Assembly: GCA_031408575.1 (NCBI GenBank)
Contig: JANNWS010000170.1
Coordinates: forward strand, 718-64,717
From: Rhodobacterales bacterium
GTDB taxonomy: Bacteria > Pseudomonadota > Alphaproteobacteria > Rhodobacterales > Rhodobacteraceae
Direction of reading: 5' to 3'
Length of the DNA stretch: 64,000 nucleotides
Positions 9,617 through 18,888 of this stretch are shown in pieces (the first letter of the stretch is position 1; every line of letters starts with the position of its first letter). A program made the translations under genes and the position numbers. Below the pieces are notes generated by a model that was given only the letters and a program-made list of their open reading frames with translations, was not told the DNA's origin and ran no database searches.

Positions 9617-11011
9617 TCAATAGCGGTAATGTTCCGATTTAAACGGCCCGTCAACCGACACGCCGATATAGTAGGCCTGATCCGGCTTCAGCTCGGTCAG
9701 CTTGACGCCGATTTTCTTCAGGTGCAGGCGCGCCACCTTTTCATCAAGGTGCTTGGGCAGAATGTAGACACCCGGCGCATAGTCCGAGCCCTTGGTCCAC
9801 AGCTCGATCTGCGCCAGAACCTGATTGGTAAAGCTGGCCGACATCACAAAGGACGGGTGGCCCGTGGCATTGCCCAGATTGAGCAGGCGGCCTTCGGACA
9901 GCAGGATGATCCGGGCGCCCGAAGGCATCTCGATCATGTCCACCTGATCCTTGATGTTCGTCCATTTGTGGTTGCGAAGCGACGCCACCTGAATCTCATT
10001 GTCGAAATGGCCGATATTGCCGACAATCGCCATGTCTTTCATCGCGCGGATATGCTCGATGCGGATCACGTCCTTGTTGCCCGTGGTAGTGATGAAGATG
10101 TCGGCGCTGTCGACCACATCTTCCAGCAAGACAACTTCGAACCCGTCCATAGCCGCCTGAAGGGCGCAGATTGGGTCGATTTCGGTAACTTTCACCCGCG
10201 CTCCGGCCCCCTGAAGCGACGCGGCAGAGCCTTTGCCAACGTCACCATAGCCACAGACCACGGCCACCTTGCCGGCCATCATGGTGTCGGTAGCACGGCG
10301 GATGCCGTCAACCAGCGATTCCTTGCAGCCATACTTGTTGTCGAATTTGGACTTGGTGACGCTGTCGTTCACGTTGATCGCGGGAAACGGCAGCAGACCC
10401 TGCTTGTGCAGATCGTACAGCCGATGAACGCCCGTCGTAGTTTCCTCGGAAACGCCGCGAATGGCGTCGCGCTGTTTGGTAAACCAGCCGGGCGAAGCTG
10501 CCAGCCGTTTGCGAATCTGGTTGAACAGACACACTTCCTCATCACTCGTCGGCACAGCGATCAGGTCGGTTTCGCCCGCCTCTACCCGCGCGCCCATCAG
10601 GATGTAAAGCGTTGCATCCCCGCCGTCGTCAAGGATCATGTTGCAGGTGCCTTCCTTGAACTGGAAGATCATGTCGGTGTAGGTCCAGTAATCTTCCAGC
10701 GTTTCGCCCTTGATGGCGAACACCGGGACGCCGGACTCGGCAATCGCTGCCGCCGCATGGTCCTGCGTCGAGAAGATGTTGCACGAGGCCCAGCGCACTT
10801 CCGCACCAAGCGCCACAAGCGTTTCGATCAAGGCCCCGGTCTGGATGGTCATGTGCAGGCTGCCCGCGATGCGTGCGCCCTTAAGCGGCTTGGAGGGACC
10901 GAACTCTTCGCGCAACGCCATCAGGCCCGGCATTTCGGTTTCTGCAATGATCAATTCCTTGCGGCCGAACGAAGCCAACGCGATGTCCTTGACGATGTAG
11001 TCTTTCGGCAT
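9617..11011 (-). CDS. ahcY: Adenosylhomocysteinase
   Basis: Track ORF 9617..11290 trimmed to ATG 11011: [38 protein letters not shown]...; [13 protein letters not shown] motif; C-terminal ...FKSEHYRY. 464 aa, typical size. Confidence 0.95.
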   Translation of the reverse strand: MPKDYIVKDIALASFGRKELIIAETEMPGLMALREEFGPSKPLKGARIAGSLHMTIQTGALIETLVALGAEVRWASCNIFSTQDHAAAAIAESGVPVFAIKGETLEDYWTYTDMIFQFKEGTCNMILDDGGDATLYILMGARVEAGETDLIAVPTSDEEVCLFNQIRKRLAASPGWFTKQRDAIRGVSEETTTGVHRLYDLHKQGLLPFPAINVNDSVTKSKFDNKYGCKESLVDGIRRATDTMMAGKVAVVCGYGDVGKGSAASLQGAGARVKVTEIDPICALQAAMDGFEVVLLEDVVDSADIFITTTGNKDVIRIEHIRAMKDMAIVGNIGHFDNEIQVASLRNHKWTNIKDQVDMIEMPSGARIILLSEGRLLNLGNATGHPSFVMSASFTNQVLAQIELWTKGSDYAPGVYILPKHLDEKVARLHLKKIGVKLTELKPDQAYYIGVSVDGPFKSEHYRY

Positions 11012-11122
11012 GGGGTCCGCTCCTGTCTGAATTATGATTTGAGGGGCAGATAGCACAGGGTAACCCTCTCGACAATCGGCGGTGCCGGTCGCTAAAGCTT
11101 GGTCGTCTTTTGGGGTAGGGCG

Positions 11123-11719
11123 ATGAAACAGCCGCGTGCATGGCAACGGATGCTGTCCGGTCGCAGGCTTGACCTGCTTGATCCAACCCCGGTGGATATC
11201 GAGATCGAGGATATCGCACACGGATTGGCATTTGTTGCGCGCTGGAACGGGCAGACATTTGGCGATTGGCCCTATTCGGTGGCCGAACACTCGTTATTGG
11301 TCGAACAGATCTACGCACGGGTCGATCCCGTGCCACCGGCGCGGTGGCGTCTGGCAGCACTGCTGCATGATGCGCCGGAATATGTGATCGGCGACATGAT
11401 CGGCCCGGTGAAGTCCGCCGTTGGCCCGGCCTACGGCGAACTTGACCTGCGGCTTACGGCCGCGGTGCATCTGCGATTTGGCTTGCCCTCAGCGCTGCCG
11501 CTGGCTGTGAAGACGGCAATCAAGAAGGCAGACCGCATCTCGGCCTGGTTGGAGGCAGTTCAGATCGCCGGGTTTCGCAAGGATGAGGCGGATCGCTTGT
11601 TTGGGCGGCCCGAGGCCGGACAGATGGCCGGTCTTGAAATCCATCTCCGCCCGCCGGTCGAGGTTCGGGCGGCCTTTGTTCGGCGTCACGCCGAACTTCT
11701 GGCGGCCTGCACGGGCTGA
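11123..11719 (+). CDS. HD domain-containing phosphohydrolase
   Basis: Trimmed to ATG 11123. SVAEHSLLV...[19 protein letters not shown] (H...HD...D metal motif). Confidence 0.75.
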   Translation: MKQPRAWQRMLSGRRLDLLDPTPVDIEIEDIAHGLAFVARWNGQTFGDWPYSVAEHSLLVEQIYARVDPVPPARWRLAALLHDAPEYVIGDMIGPVKSAVGPAYGELDLRLTAAVHLRFGLPSALPLAVKTAIKKADRISAWLEAVQIAGFRKDEADRLFGRPEAGQMAGLEIHLRPPVEVRAAFVRRHAELLAACTG

Positions 11720-11854
11720 AAAATCTGCGTCGTCCGTGCTACCGGGCGACCATCAGGCTTTGCTAGCGCTGGTGTCGTCAGCCTGCCGTGAACACCAAGC
11801 CATTCAGTGGATATTCTTCTACTGCGGCGCTCACGGCACGATTGGTTACACTGG

Positions 11855-12169
11855 TCAGATTGCCAGGCTCTCCGGCGATTTTCCAGAGTTCAGCGCGGCT
11901 TCAAACCAGCGCGGCTTGCGGCCCCGGCCAGACCAGGTATCAGCCGAATTGGCTGGGTTGGAATATTTCGCCGTTGCAGGTGCGCGCTTGCGGCTAAAGT
12001 TTGTGCCTGTAAGTTCTGCCAGAGTAAAGCCCATCTCGCGGGCTTTGTCTTCAAGCTCTGACAGCGCTTCTTTTTTCTTGCGGTCTTCGAAAGTCGCGAT
12101 TGCCTTTGTCACCTGCGAATGCAGATCTTTCAGTTCTTTCAGCGTCAGCGCGTGAAGATTAACGTCCAT
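11855..12169 (-). CDS. H-NS family nucleoid protein, HvrA-like
   Basis: 104 aa. GGAGGG SD. N-terminal coiled coil LKELKDLHSQVTKAIATFEDRKKKEA. C-terminal DNA-binding motif TWSGRGRKPRW. Lies immediately downstream of regA, as hvrA does in Rhodobacter capsulatus. Confidence 0.85.
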   Translation of the reverse strand: MDVNLHALTLKELKDLHSQVTKAIATFEDRKKKEALSELEDKAREMGFTLAELTGTNFSRKRAPATAKYSNPANSADTWSGRGRKPRWFEAALNSGKSPESLAI

Positions 12170-12211
12170 TGTGATTTCCCTCCTGCGGATCGAAATCCAA
12201 TAGACTTGTAC

Positions 12212-12254
12212 CCCTCAGGTTTCAAGATTGAACCTTGAGGGCGGGCGGTTTTTT
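12212..12254. terminator. Long hairpin plus T6 in the regA/hvrA-like spacer
   Basis: 12212-12241 folds into about 13 pairs with one mismatch (CCCTCAGGTTTCA / TGAACCTTGAGGG). It is followed on the plus strand by CGGGCGG and TTTTTT (12249-12254). Both flanking genes are on the minus strand. Confidence 0.35.
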
Positions 12255-12272
12255 GCTAATACGCAGCAGCGA

Positions 12273-12827
12273 TTATTTCGGGCTGCGCTTGGCGAGTATT
12301 CTCTGCAGAGTGCGTCTATGCATGTTCAGGCGCCGCGCCGTCTCGGATACATTGCGGTCACATAGTTCGTAAACCCTTTGAATATGCTCCCACCGAACGC
12401 GGTCGGCGGACATCGGGTTTTCCGGCGGCGGCGGAAGCGCTTCGCCTTTGTAAAGAAGGGCTGCCGCAATGTCGTTCGCATCGGCGGGCTTTGACAAGTA
12501 GTCGGTTGCCCCGATCTTGACCGCGGCAACTGCCGTCGCAATGGCACCGTAACCCGTCAGAACGACGATGCGGCAATCCGGCCTGCGGTCGCGCAACATT
12601 TCAACGACATCAAGGCCGTTGCCATCTTCCAACCGCAGGTCAACTACGGCATAGGCCGGAGGGCGCGCCTGCGCCATGGCTTTGCCCTGGGCCACGCTTT
12701 CTGCTGTTTCGGGCAGGAAGCCCCGTTTTTCCATGGCCTTGGCAAGACGCTTTACGAACGGTTCGTCATCGTCAACCAAAAGAAGCGTCCGGTCATCGCC
12801 AAGATCGGAAATATCTGAATCTGACAT
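12273..12827 (-). CDS. regA: Redox response regulator, RegA/PrrA/ActR family
   Basis: Trimmed to ATG 12827 (alternative 12842). LLLVDDDEPFVKRLAKAMEKRGF...PPAYAVVDLRLEDGNGLDVVE...IVVLTGYGAIATAVAAVKIGATDYLSKPADA...CDRNVSETARRLNMHRRTLQRILAKRSPK, near-identical in pattern to Rhodobacter RegA/PrrA as I recall it. Confidence 0.95.
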   Translation of the reverse strand: MSDSDISDLGDDRTLLLVDDDEPFVKRLAKAMEKRGFLPETAESVAQGKAMAQARPPAYAVVDLRLEDGNGLDVVEMLRDRRPDCRIVVLTGYGAIATAVAAVKIGATDYLSKPADANDIAAALLYKGEALPPPPENPMSADRVRWEHIQRVYELCDRNVSETARRLNMHRRTLQRILAKRSPK

Positions 12828-12891
12828 GTTTGAGCTTTCCATGCTTACGCTGACCAGATGTAGGTCGCGCAATGCCCTGGGTCAAATTCAC

Positions 12892-13512
12892 TCAGGCCTC
12901 GCCGGCGAAGCACGCGATGCGGTCGGCCATTTCATCCGGCGTCACCTCACGGCGGAAGAAATCGGCAAAGCCTGTTTCGGGGAGCATCAGATAGGTGAAT
13001 GTCGAGTGATCGACCAGATAGAATTCGTCACCACTGTCCTGCAGTTTGAAGTAGGCCTTATAGGCTTGCGACGCCTTGGTGATCTGATCGTCGGAGCCGG
13101 TCAGGGCGATCATGCGCGGATGAAGGTTTGCGGCGTAATCCGCCAGCGCCTCGGGTGTGTCACGCTTTGGGTCGACCGATACAAACACCAGATTTACATC
13201 AACCCCTCGCTCTTCCAGAATATCGACCGCTTCGGCGTTGCGCGCGTTGTCTATCGGGCAAACGTCAGGGCAGTAGGCATATCCGAAATAAATCAGCGTC
13301 GGCCGTGTGATCACATCGGCGTCGGTCACTGTCTTGCCGGTCTGGTCAACCAGTGTGAACGGCCCACCGATTGCTGCGGCGCCCCCCGCAACCTGACCGC
13401 CTCGGCAGGCCGCAAAGGAGTCGTCGTTGCGCCCCGACAGGGTGACCCAAGCCGTTGCTCCCAACACGGCTGTCACCGCCAGAACGGCCGCGCCTGCCAA
13501 AAGTTTCGTCAT
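12892..13512 (-). CDS. senC: SCO family copper chaperone (SenC/PrrC)
   Basis: Trimmed; start at ATG 13512 or 13518, downstream of an AAGGGG SD. TM/signal segment, then the CPDVCP thioredoxin-fold copper motif and ...VSVDPKRDTPE...HS. Confidence 0.9.
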   Translation of the reverse strand: MTKLLAGAAVLAVTAVLGATAWVTLSGRNDDSFAACRGGQVAGGAAAIGGPFTLVDQTGKTVTDADVITRPTLIYFGYAYCPDVCPIDNARNAEAVDILEERGVDVNLVFVSVDPKRDTPEALADYAANLHPRMIALTGSDDQITKASQAYKAYFKLQDSGDEFYLVDHSTFTYLMLPETGFADFFRREVTPDEMADRIACFAGEA

Positions 13513-13610
13513 CGTCATCCCCTTTTTGCCCCTGACATCCTGGCGCATTGATCCGGCCGCGGCGCAGGCCTAACAAGGATCAACCTCGTAGTTTACAGGC
13601 GTAGCCGAAC

Positions 13611-14993
13611 ATGGTTTTCCCTATCCCCACGCGCCGCGACACGCGCATTGAATGGGTTCGTCTGCGGACACTGATCCTGCTGCGATGGTTGGCCGTCACC
13701 GGCCAGCTTGCCGCGATTACCGTAGCCGATCGTCAATTCGGCATGCAACTGCCGTTGGGGCTTTGTTACCTTGCGGTGGGGGCTGCGATAATCGCGAACC
13801 TTGTCGCGACCTTCGTTTTTCCCGAAAACAAGCGGCTGTCAGAGCGTGACGCGATGTTGACGCTGTTGTTCGATGTGTCGCAGCTGGCCCTTCTGATTTA
13901 TCTGACGGGCGGCCTGAACAACCCGTTTGCCTTGCTGATACTGGTGCCGGTAACCATTTCAGCCAGCGCGCTGGAGTTGCGGACAACGGTGCTGCTTGGG
14001 TTGATTGCGATTCTGCTGGTCACTGTTATCGCGCTTTTCAACATACCGCTTCGCTTTCCGGACGGCACGATCCTTCAGGTGCCGGTGATGTTCGAAATCG
14101 GCTTCTGGCTGTCGATCGTGATCGGAATCGTATTTCTGGCACTGTATTCCCGGCGCGTGGCGACCGAAATCCGAACAATGTCGGACGCGCTGCTGGCAAC
14201 GCAGATGGCGCTGGCCCGCGAACAGAAGCTGACCGATCTTGGCGGTGTTGTCGCCGCCGCTGCGCATGAACTGGGAACACCGCTGGCAACGATCATGCTC
14301 GTCAGCTCGGAACTTGTTGACGAACTGGCAGACCGGGCCGACCTTCAGGAAGATGCGCGCCTGATCCGCGCCCAGGCCGACCGCTGCCGCGATATCCTGC
14401 GTTCGATGGGGCGCGCGGGCAAGGATGATCGTCACCTGCGTCACGCGCCGCTTGGAACCGTGCTTCGCGAAGCGGCGGAACCGCATCTGGCACGCGGCAA
14501 GTCGGTGGTGTTCGATCTCTTTCCCGGACCGCAGGGCGATGACAGGCAGCCGACCATCCTGCGCCGGCCGGAAATCATTCACGGCATCCGCAATCTGATA
14601 CAAAATGCCGTAGACTTCGCACAGGGCAAGGTCTGGGTCGATGCGACCTGGACTGATCGGGCCGTATCGGTTCGCATCATCGACGATGGCGAGGGGTATC
14701 CCGCACATGTCTTGGGGCGCATTGGCGATCCGTTCATGCGCAGCCGGCGCGCCACACAGGATAACGGTCAGCCGCACGCATACGAAGGCATGGGCCTGGG
14801 TCTTTTCATCGCAAAGACACTGTTGGAACGGTCGGGTGCCGAGCTGAGCTTTGCCAACGGCGCTGACCCGTTTTTAACGCAAACCGAACATCCGGACAGG
14901 TCTGGCGCCATTGTCGAGGTGGTCTGGCCGCTCGGCGCAATCGTTGTGCCGGAAGGTGATCCATTGGGACCCAATCAGCCGATAAAAGGCTGA
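13611..14993 (+). CDS. regB: Redox-sensing histidine kinase, RegB/PrrB/ActS family
   Basis: 460 aa. Six N-terminal TM segments, H-box AAAHELGTPLATI, N/G boxes NLIQNAVDF and GMGLGLFIAKTLLE. Divergent from senC-regA. Confidence 0.93.
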   Translation: MVFPIPTRRDTRIEWVRLRTLILLRWLAVTGQLAAITVADRQFGMQLPLGLCYLAVGAAIIANLVATFVFPENKRLSERDAMLTLLFDVSQLALLIYLTGGLNNPFALLILVPVTISASALELRTTVLLGLIAILLVTVIALFNIPLRFPDGTILQVPVMFEIGFWLSIVIGIVFLALYSRRVATEIRTMSDALLATQMALAREQKLTDLGGVVAAAAHELGTPLATIMLVSSELVDELADRADLQEDARLIRAQADRCRDILRSMGRAGKDDRHLRHAPLGTVLREAAEPHLARGKSVVFDLFPGPQGDDRQPTILRRPEIIHGIRNLIQNAVDFAQGKVWVDATWTDRAVSVRIIDDGEGYPAHVLGRIGDPFMRSRRATQDNGQPHAYEGMGLGLFIAKTLLERSGAELSFANGADPFLTQTEHPDRSGAIVEVVWPLGAIVVPEGDPLGPNQPIKG

Positions 14994-15088
14994 ATTCGCG
15001 CGTCAATCAACCTTGCGTTCACATTCCGTTAATCTGTTCCTCCAATAGTTGACATCGAATTAACTATTCCACGCAGGGTGGTCGGCGG

Positions 15089-16663
15089 ATGGACTTTGAT
15101 TGGGCGATGGGCCTTTCGCTGGGGCTGACAGCTTTTGCGGCGGCTCTTGCCGGCGTCGGCGTGCTGGCGCTGCTATCGCGGGGTTCACACCGGCCCCGCG
15201 GCACGCTGTTTGCCGACGGGCCAGCCGGGACGGTCTTTCTTTTCGATGGCGAAACACTGCTTGACGCGTCGCCTGGCGCGCGCGCCTTGCTGGCCGCGGC
15301 ACCGGTGCGCGGCACAGCCTGGCAACGTCTGATGGCGTTTCTTGCGCCACGCTTTCCCGGCTTTGATCTGCGTATCGCAAACCTGCCGGTCGAAGGCCGC
15401 TTCATCATCAACGGCGGTGGCGGCGCCGCGCACAGCTCGTTGACCCTGATGGCAGAATGGCGCAGCGGGCTTGCGCGCATCAGCCTGACCGATGTTGCGG
15501 TCGACGGCGCGCCCAACCTTGTCGACCCGCTGACTCAGCGCGCAATGGACGAAGAGCTTGCTCTGTTGCGCGGAACCGTTGCGCTGGCCCCGCTGCCGAT
15601 CTGGCTGGAGAATGCCGAGGGTGAGGTGATCTGGGCGAACTCCACCTATCTTTCGCTTGCCACCCAGCGCCTTGGCCCCGAACAGGAACTGGCCTGGCCG
15701 TTGCCTTCCCTGATGGCCGTGAAGGGCCACGACCGCCAAAGGGTGCAACTGGATACGCCGGGCAAGCGGCCCCTGTGGTTCGAGGCGACGGTAAAACCGG
15801 CAAGCGATGGCCGGATGATCTTCGCGCAGCCAGTCGATGCGTTGGTGCAGGCCGAAGGGTCGCTGCGCGATTTCACGCAGACCCTGACCAAGACCTTTGC
15901 CCATCTTCCCATCGGACTAGCGATCTTTGACCGCCAAAGGCAACTTGCATTGTTCAACCCTGCACTGCTGGATCTGACCACCCTGCCCGCCGACTTCCTG
16001 ACCGGCCGCCCGACCCTGTTCGACTTTCTGGACCGGATGCGCGACCGACAGATGATTCCCGAACCAAAGGACTATCCCACCTGGCGGAGCCGGATCATCG
16101 ATCTTGAAAAAGCGGCTGTCTCCGGTCTTTACGAGGAAACCTGGAACCTGCCGGGGGGACAGACCTTTCGCATTCTGGGCCGCCCGCACCCCGACGGTGC
16201 CATGGCGCTGCTGTTCGAGGACATCTCGACCGAAATGGGGCGGACGCGCCGCTACAGGGCCGAAGTAGAGCTTGGCCAATCAGTCATCGACGAAATGGAC
16301 GAGGCGATTGCCGTATTTTCCTCCGCCGGGCTGCTGGTGCTGTCGAACGCCGCATATGTGACTTTGTGGGGCCATGACCCTGCGTCTTCGGTCGGAGGCG
16401 AAAGCGGAATCGCAGCGCTGGCCGCCCATTGGCGCAGCCGAACCGCGCCATCAGCGATCTGGGCCGAGTCCGAGCATTTCGCATCGACCCTGGGAGAACG
16501 GGCCGGATGGTCGGACGAGGCGCGGATGAATGACGGGCGCCTTGTTGCCTGCCGGTTCGTACCATTGGGCGGGGGGGCCACTATGATCGCATTCCGACCG
16601 AGCGCGCGCGACGGCACCGCGGCGACAGGATTTACCTCGTCCCGCACAGCGATGAGTGCCTGA
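15089..16663 (+). CDS. Membrane-anchored PAS-domain protein without a recognisable output domain
   Basis: 524 aa. One N-terminal TM (LSLGLTAFAAALAGVGVLALL) and repeated PAS-like blocks (PLPIWLENAEGEVIWANSTY; LPIGLAIFDRQRQLALFNPAL...; DEAIAVFSSAGLLVLSNAAY). I see no HisKA H-box or HATPase N/G boxes. Confidence 0.7.
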   Translation: MDFDWAMGLSLGLTAFAAALAGVGVLALLSRGSHRPRGTLFADGPAGTVFLFDGETLLDASPGARALLAAAPVRGTAWQRLMAFLAPRFPGFDLRIANLPVEGRFIINGGGGAAHSSLTLMAEWRSGLARISLTDVAVDGAPNLVDPLTQRAMDEELALLRGTVALAPLPIWLENAEGEVIWANSTYLSLATQRLGPEQELAWPLPSLMAVKGHDRQRVQLDTPGKRPLWFEATVKPASDGRMIFAQPVDALVQAEGSLRDFTQTLTKTFAHLPIGLAIFDRQRQLALFNPALLDLTTLPADFLTGRPTLFDFLDRMRDRQMIPEPKDYPTWRSRIIDLEKAAVSGLYEETWNLPGGQTFRILGRPHPDGAMALLFEDISTEMGRTRRYRAEVELGQSVIDEMDEAIAVFSSAGLLVLSNAAYVTLWGHDPASSVGGESGIAALAAHWRSRTAPSAIWAESEHFASTLGERAGWSDEARMNDGRLVACRFVPLGGGATMIAFRPSARDGTAATGFTSSRTAMSA

Positions 16664-16713
16664 GGCGTCCGAAGCGGCTTGCGGCCGGCCAAACGGCCGC
16701 TAAAACTCGGTCC

Positions 16714-17196
16714 ATGGACAACCGGCCCTTCGCCCTTTCGATGTTTCTTGCCACGGCGGATGACACGGCCCGGCTGGGCGTCTGGCTTGCCGCCAGAATT
16801 GGTCCCGGCGACGCGTTGATGCTGGACGGACCGATCGGTTCGGGCAAAACGCATCTTGCCCGCGCCCTGATCCGGGCACGGTTGGGCCGCGATGAAGATG
16901 TGCCTTCGCCCACGTTCACGCTGGTGCAGACCTATGCGGCGGATGATGCCGAGATATGGCATGCCGATCTTTACCGTCTGACGCATCCTGCCGAAGTGCT
17001 TGAACTCGGCCTCGACGACGCGTTTGACCACGCGATCTGTCTTGTGGAGTGGCCGGACAGGTTGGGGAAAAGTGCGCCGGAATCGGCTCTGTATCTGCAA
17101 TTTTCGCCGGACGGCGAAGGTCGGCGTGTCGATCTGACTGGCGGGCCGCGCTGGGCCGACCGGCTGGCACGATTGGCGGACGACTTGCGTGGCTGA
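16714..17196 (+). CDS. tsaE: tRNA t6A37 biosynthesis ATPase
   Basis: 160 aa. Walker A GPIGSGKTHLARALI, SPTFTLV and DLYRL motifs typical of TsaE/YjeE. Confidence 0.9.
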   Translation: MDNRPFALSMFLATADDTARLGVWLAARIGPGDALMLDGPIGSGKTHLARALIRARLGRDEDVPSPTFTLVQTYAADDAEIWHADLYRLTHPAEVLELGLDDAFDHAICLVEWPDRLGKSAPESALYLQFSPDGEGRRVDLTGGPRWADRLARLADDLRG

Positions 17197-18202
17197 TTGT
17201 TCCGCGCTTTGTGCAGCCTTCGTTGACCGGGCAGGTTGGGCCGGGGCGCACCATGAATTCCTCGCCGGAGATGCCTCTGCCCGAAGCTATGCCCGGCTGC
17301 GACAGAACGGACAAACGGCGGTGTTGATGGATGCGCCGCCTGACCGCGGCGAAGATGTCGGGGCCTTCGTGCATATCGCGCGCCATCTTGGTGCGCTTGG
17401 CCTGTCGGCACCGGGGATCATGGCCGAGGACCGGTCGCACGGGTTTTTGCTGCTGGAAGATCTGGGCGACAGCCTTTTTTCAAAGGTAGCGCCGCTTGAT
17501 CCGTCGCTGGAACGACAGCTTTACGCGGCCGCAAGCGATGTGCTGGTCTGCCTTCAGGCGCACCCCCCCGCGACTGGCCTCGCCAACCCGACTGCGGCGC
17601 ACTGGGCCGAAGCAGCGGTCTTTGCGGTCGACTGGTATCGCTTCGCGATCACCGGTGTGCGTGTCGCCACCGAACCGTTCCGAACCGCCACAGAGGCGGC
17701 GCTGGCAACGCTTGCCGACGGCCCGCGTGTGATGATCCTGCGCGACTATCACGCCGAAAACCTGCTCTGGCTGCCGGAAAGAAGCGGTCTGGCGCGGGTC
17801 GGACTGCTCGATTTTCAACTCGCCCAGATGGGGCAGCCCGGATACGACCTCGTCTCGCTTTGCCAGGATGCCCGCCGCGACGTGCCTGCGGCTGTCGAGA
17901 GGGCGACGATGCAGCGGTTCCTTGACTCCACGGGGTCGGACGAGGCCGCGTTTGCGCCCGCATATGCGGCCCTTGGCGCGCAGCGGGCGCTGCGTATTCT
18001 GGGCGTGTTCGCGCGGCTGTCGCTGGTTGCGGGCAAACCGGCCTATGTCGCACTTATCCCCCGCGTCTGGGCGCAATTGCAGCGTAACCTTGCGCATCCG
18101 GCGCTGGCACCGCTTGCCAACATATGCGCAGACCTGCTGCCGGAACCCACGCCGGACCGTCTGGAAAGGATTCGCAGTCTATGCGGCACCCTCGCGCCCT
18201 GA
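17189..18202 (+). CDS. Aminoglycoside phosphotransferase-fold kinase (AmgK-like anomeric MurNAc/GlcNAc kinase)
   Basis: GTG start overlapping the tsaE stop by 8 nt. LAGDASARSYARL...; DYHAENLLWL (Brenner-type catalytic motif); LDFQLA. Conserved partner of the following nucleotidyltransferase. Confidence 0.75.
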   Translation: MADCSALCAAFVDRAGWAGAHHEFLAGDASARSYARLRQNGQTAVLMDAPPDRGEDVGAFVHIARHLGALGLSAPGIMAEDRSHGFLLLEDLGDSLFSKVAPLDPSLERQLYAAASDVLVCLQAHPPATGLANPTAAHWAEAAVFAVDWYRFAITGVRVATEPFRTATEAALATLADGPRVMILRDYHAENLLWLPERSGLARVGLLDFQLAQMGQPGYDLVSLCQDARRDVPAAVERATMQRFLDSTGSDEAAFAPAYAALGAQRALRILGVFARLSLVAGKPAYVALIPRVWAQLQRNLAHPALAPLANICADLLPEPTPDRLERIRSLCGTLAP

Positions 18203-18888
18203 TGTTGTTCGCAGCGGGTTTTGGCACCCGGATGGGCGCGCTGACCGCCACCCGTCCAAAGCCGCTGATCAAGGTGGCGGGCAAGCCGTTGATCGGCCAT
18301 GCGCTGGATCTGGCGCAGGCTGCGGGGGCCGACCCGATCGTGGTGAACCTTCACTATCTTGGCGAGCAGTTGGCCGCGCATCTGGCTGGCCACCAAGTGC
18401 AACTGTCGTGGGAGCGGGATACCATCCTTGAAACCGGCGGTGGGCTTCGGCAAGCGTTGCCGCTGCTTGGCGCCGATCCCGTCCTGACGCTGAATTCTGA
18501 TGCAATATGGACCGGGGGCAACCCGATAGATCAACTTGACGCCGCGTGGCACGGTCCTGCCATGAGCGCGCTTTTGATGCTGTTGCCGCATGAAGCCGCT
18601 CTGGGGCATGGCGCGCGCGCAGATTTCGCGATGGACACTGCGGGTCGTATTCGCCGCCATCCCGGAGATGATACGCCGGGTTTCATCTATCTGGGTGTGC
18701 AGGTGATCCGGACCGAAGGGCTGGCCATGATCCCCGATCGCGTGTTTTCTCTGAACCTGCTGTGGGATCTGATGATTGCCGAGGGCCGCGCCTTCGGACT
18801 GGTCCATCAGGGCGGTTGGTGCGATGTCGGTCGCCCGGAAAGCATCGCCGTTGCCGAGGCGATGCTGCGCGAGGACGGGCATGTTTGA
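18181..18888 (+). CDS. Nucleotidyltransferase family protein (MurU-like)
   Basis: Trimmed to ATG 18181, a 22-nt overlap with the preceding gene. LMLFAAGFGTRMGALTATRPKPLIKVAGKPLI sugar-nucleotidyltransferase signature. Confidence 0.8.
   Translation: MRHPRALMLFAAGFGTRMGALTATRPKPLIKVAGKPLIGHALDLAQAAGADPIVVNLHYLGEQLAAHLAGHQVQLSWERDTILETGGGLRQALPLLGADPVLTLNSDAIWTGGNPIDQLDAAWHGPAMSALLMLLPHEAALGHGARADFAMDTAGRIRRHPGDDTPGFIYLGVQVIRTEGLAMIPDRVFSLNLLWDLMIAEGRAFGLVHQGGWCDVGRPESIAVAEAMLREDGHV

Noticed and set aside
9596-11053. 485-aa plus-strand ORF antisense to ahcY. Similar long antisense or off-frame ORFs: 6218..7162(-), 18043..19209(-), 21122..22261(-), 21969..23096(-), 22189..23193(-), 37979..38941(-), 38425..39462(-), 57849..59108(-), 59664..60533(-).
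   Set aside because: All overlap genes with unmistakable conserved motifs on the other strand or frame. Their products are Arg/Pro/Gly/His-rich and low-complexity, with no recognisable motifs. Long stop-free off-frames are expected at this GC content.
11012-11122. Possible SAH riboswitch in the ahcY leader.
   Set aside because: I reverse-complemented the leader (…GAGAGGGUUACCCUGUGCUAUCUGCCCCUCAAAUCAUAAUUCAGACAGGAGCGGACCCCAUG). It lacks the conserved AGGAGCGCUGC … AACGGCGCUCA core as I recall it. An Rfam scan would be needed for certainty.
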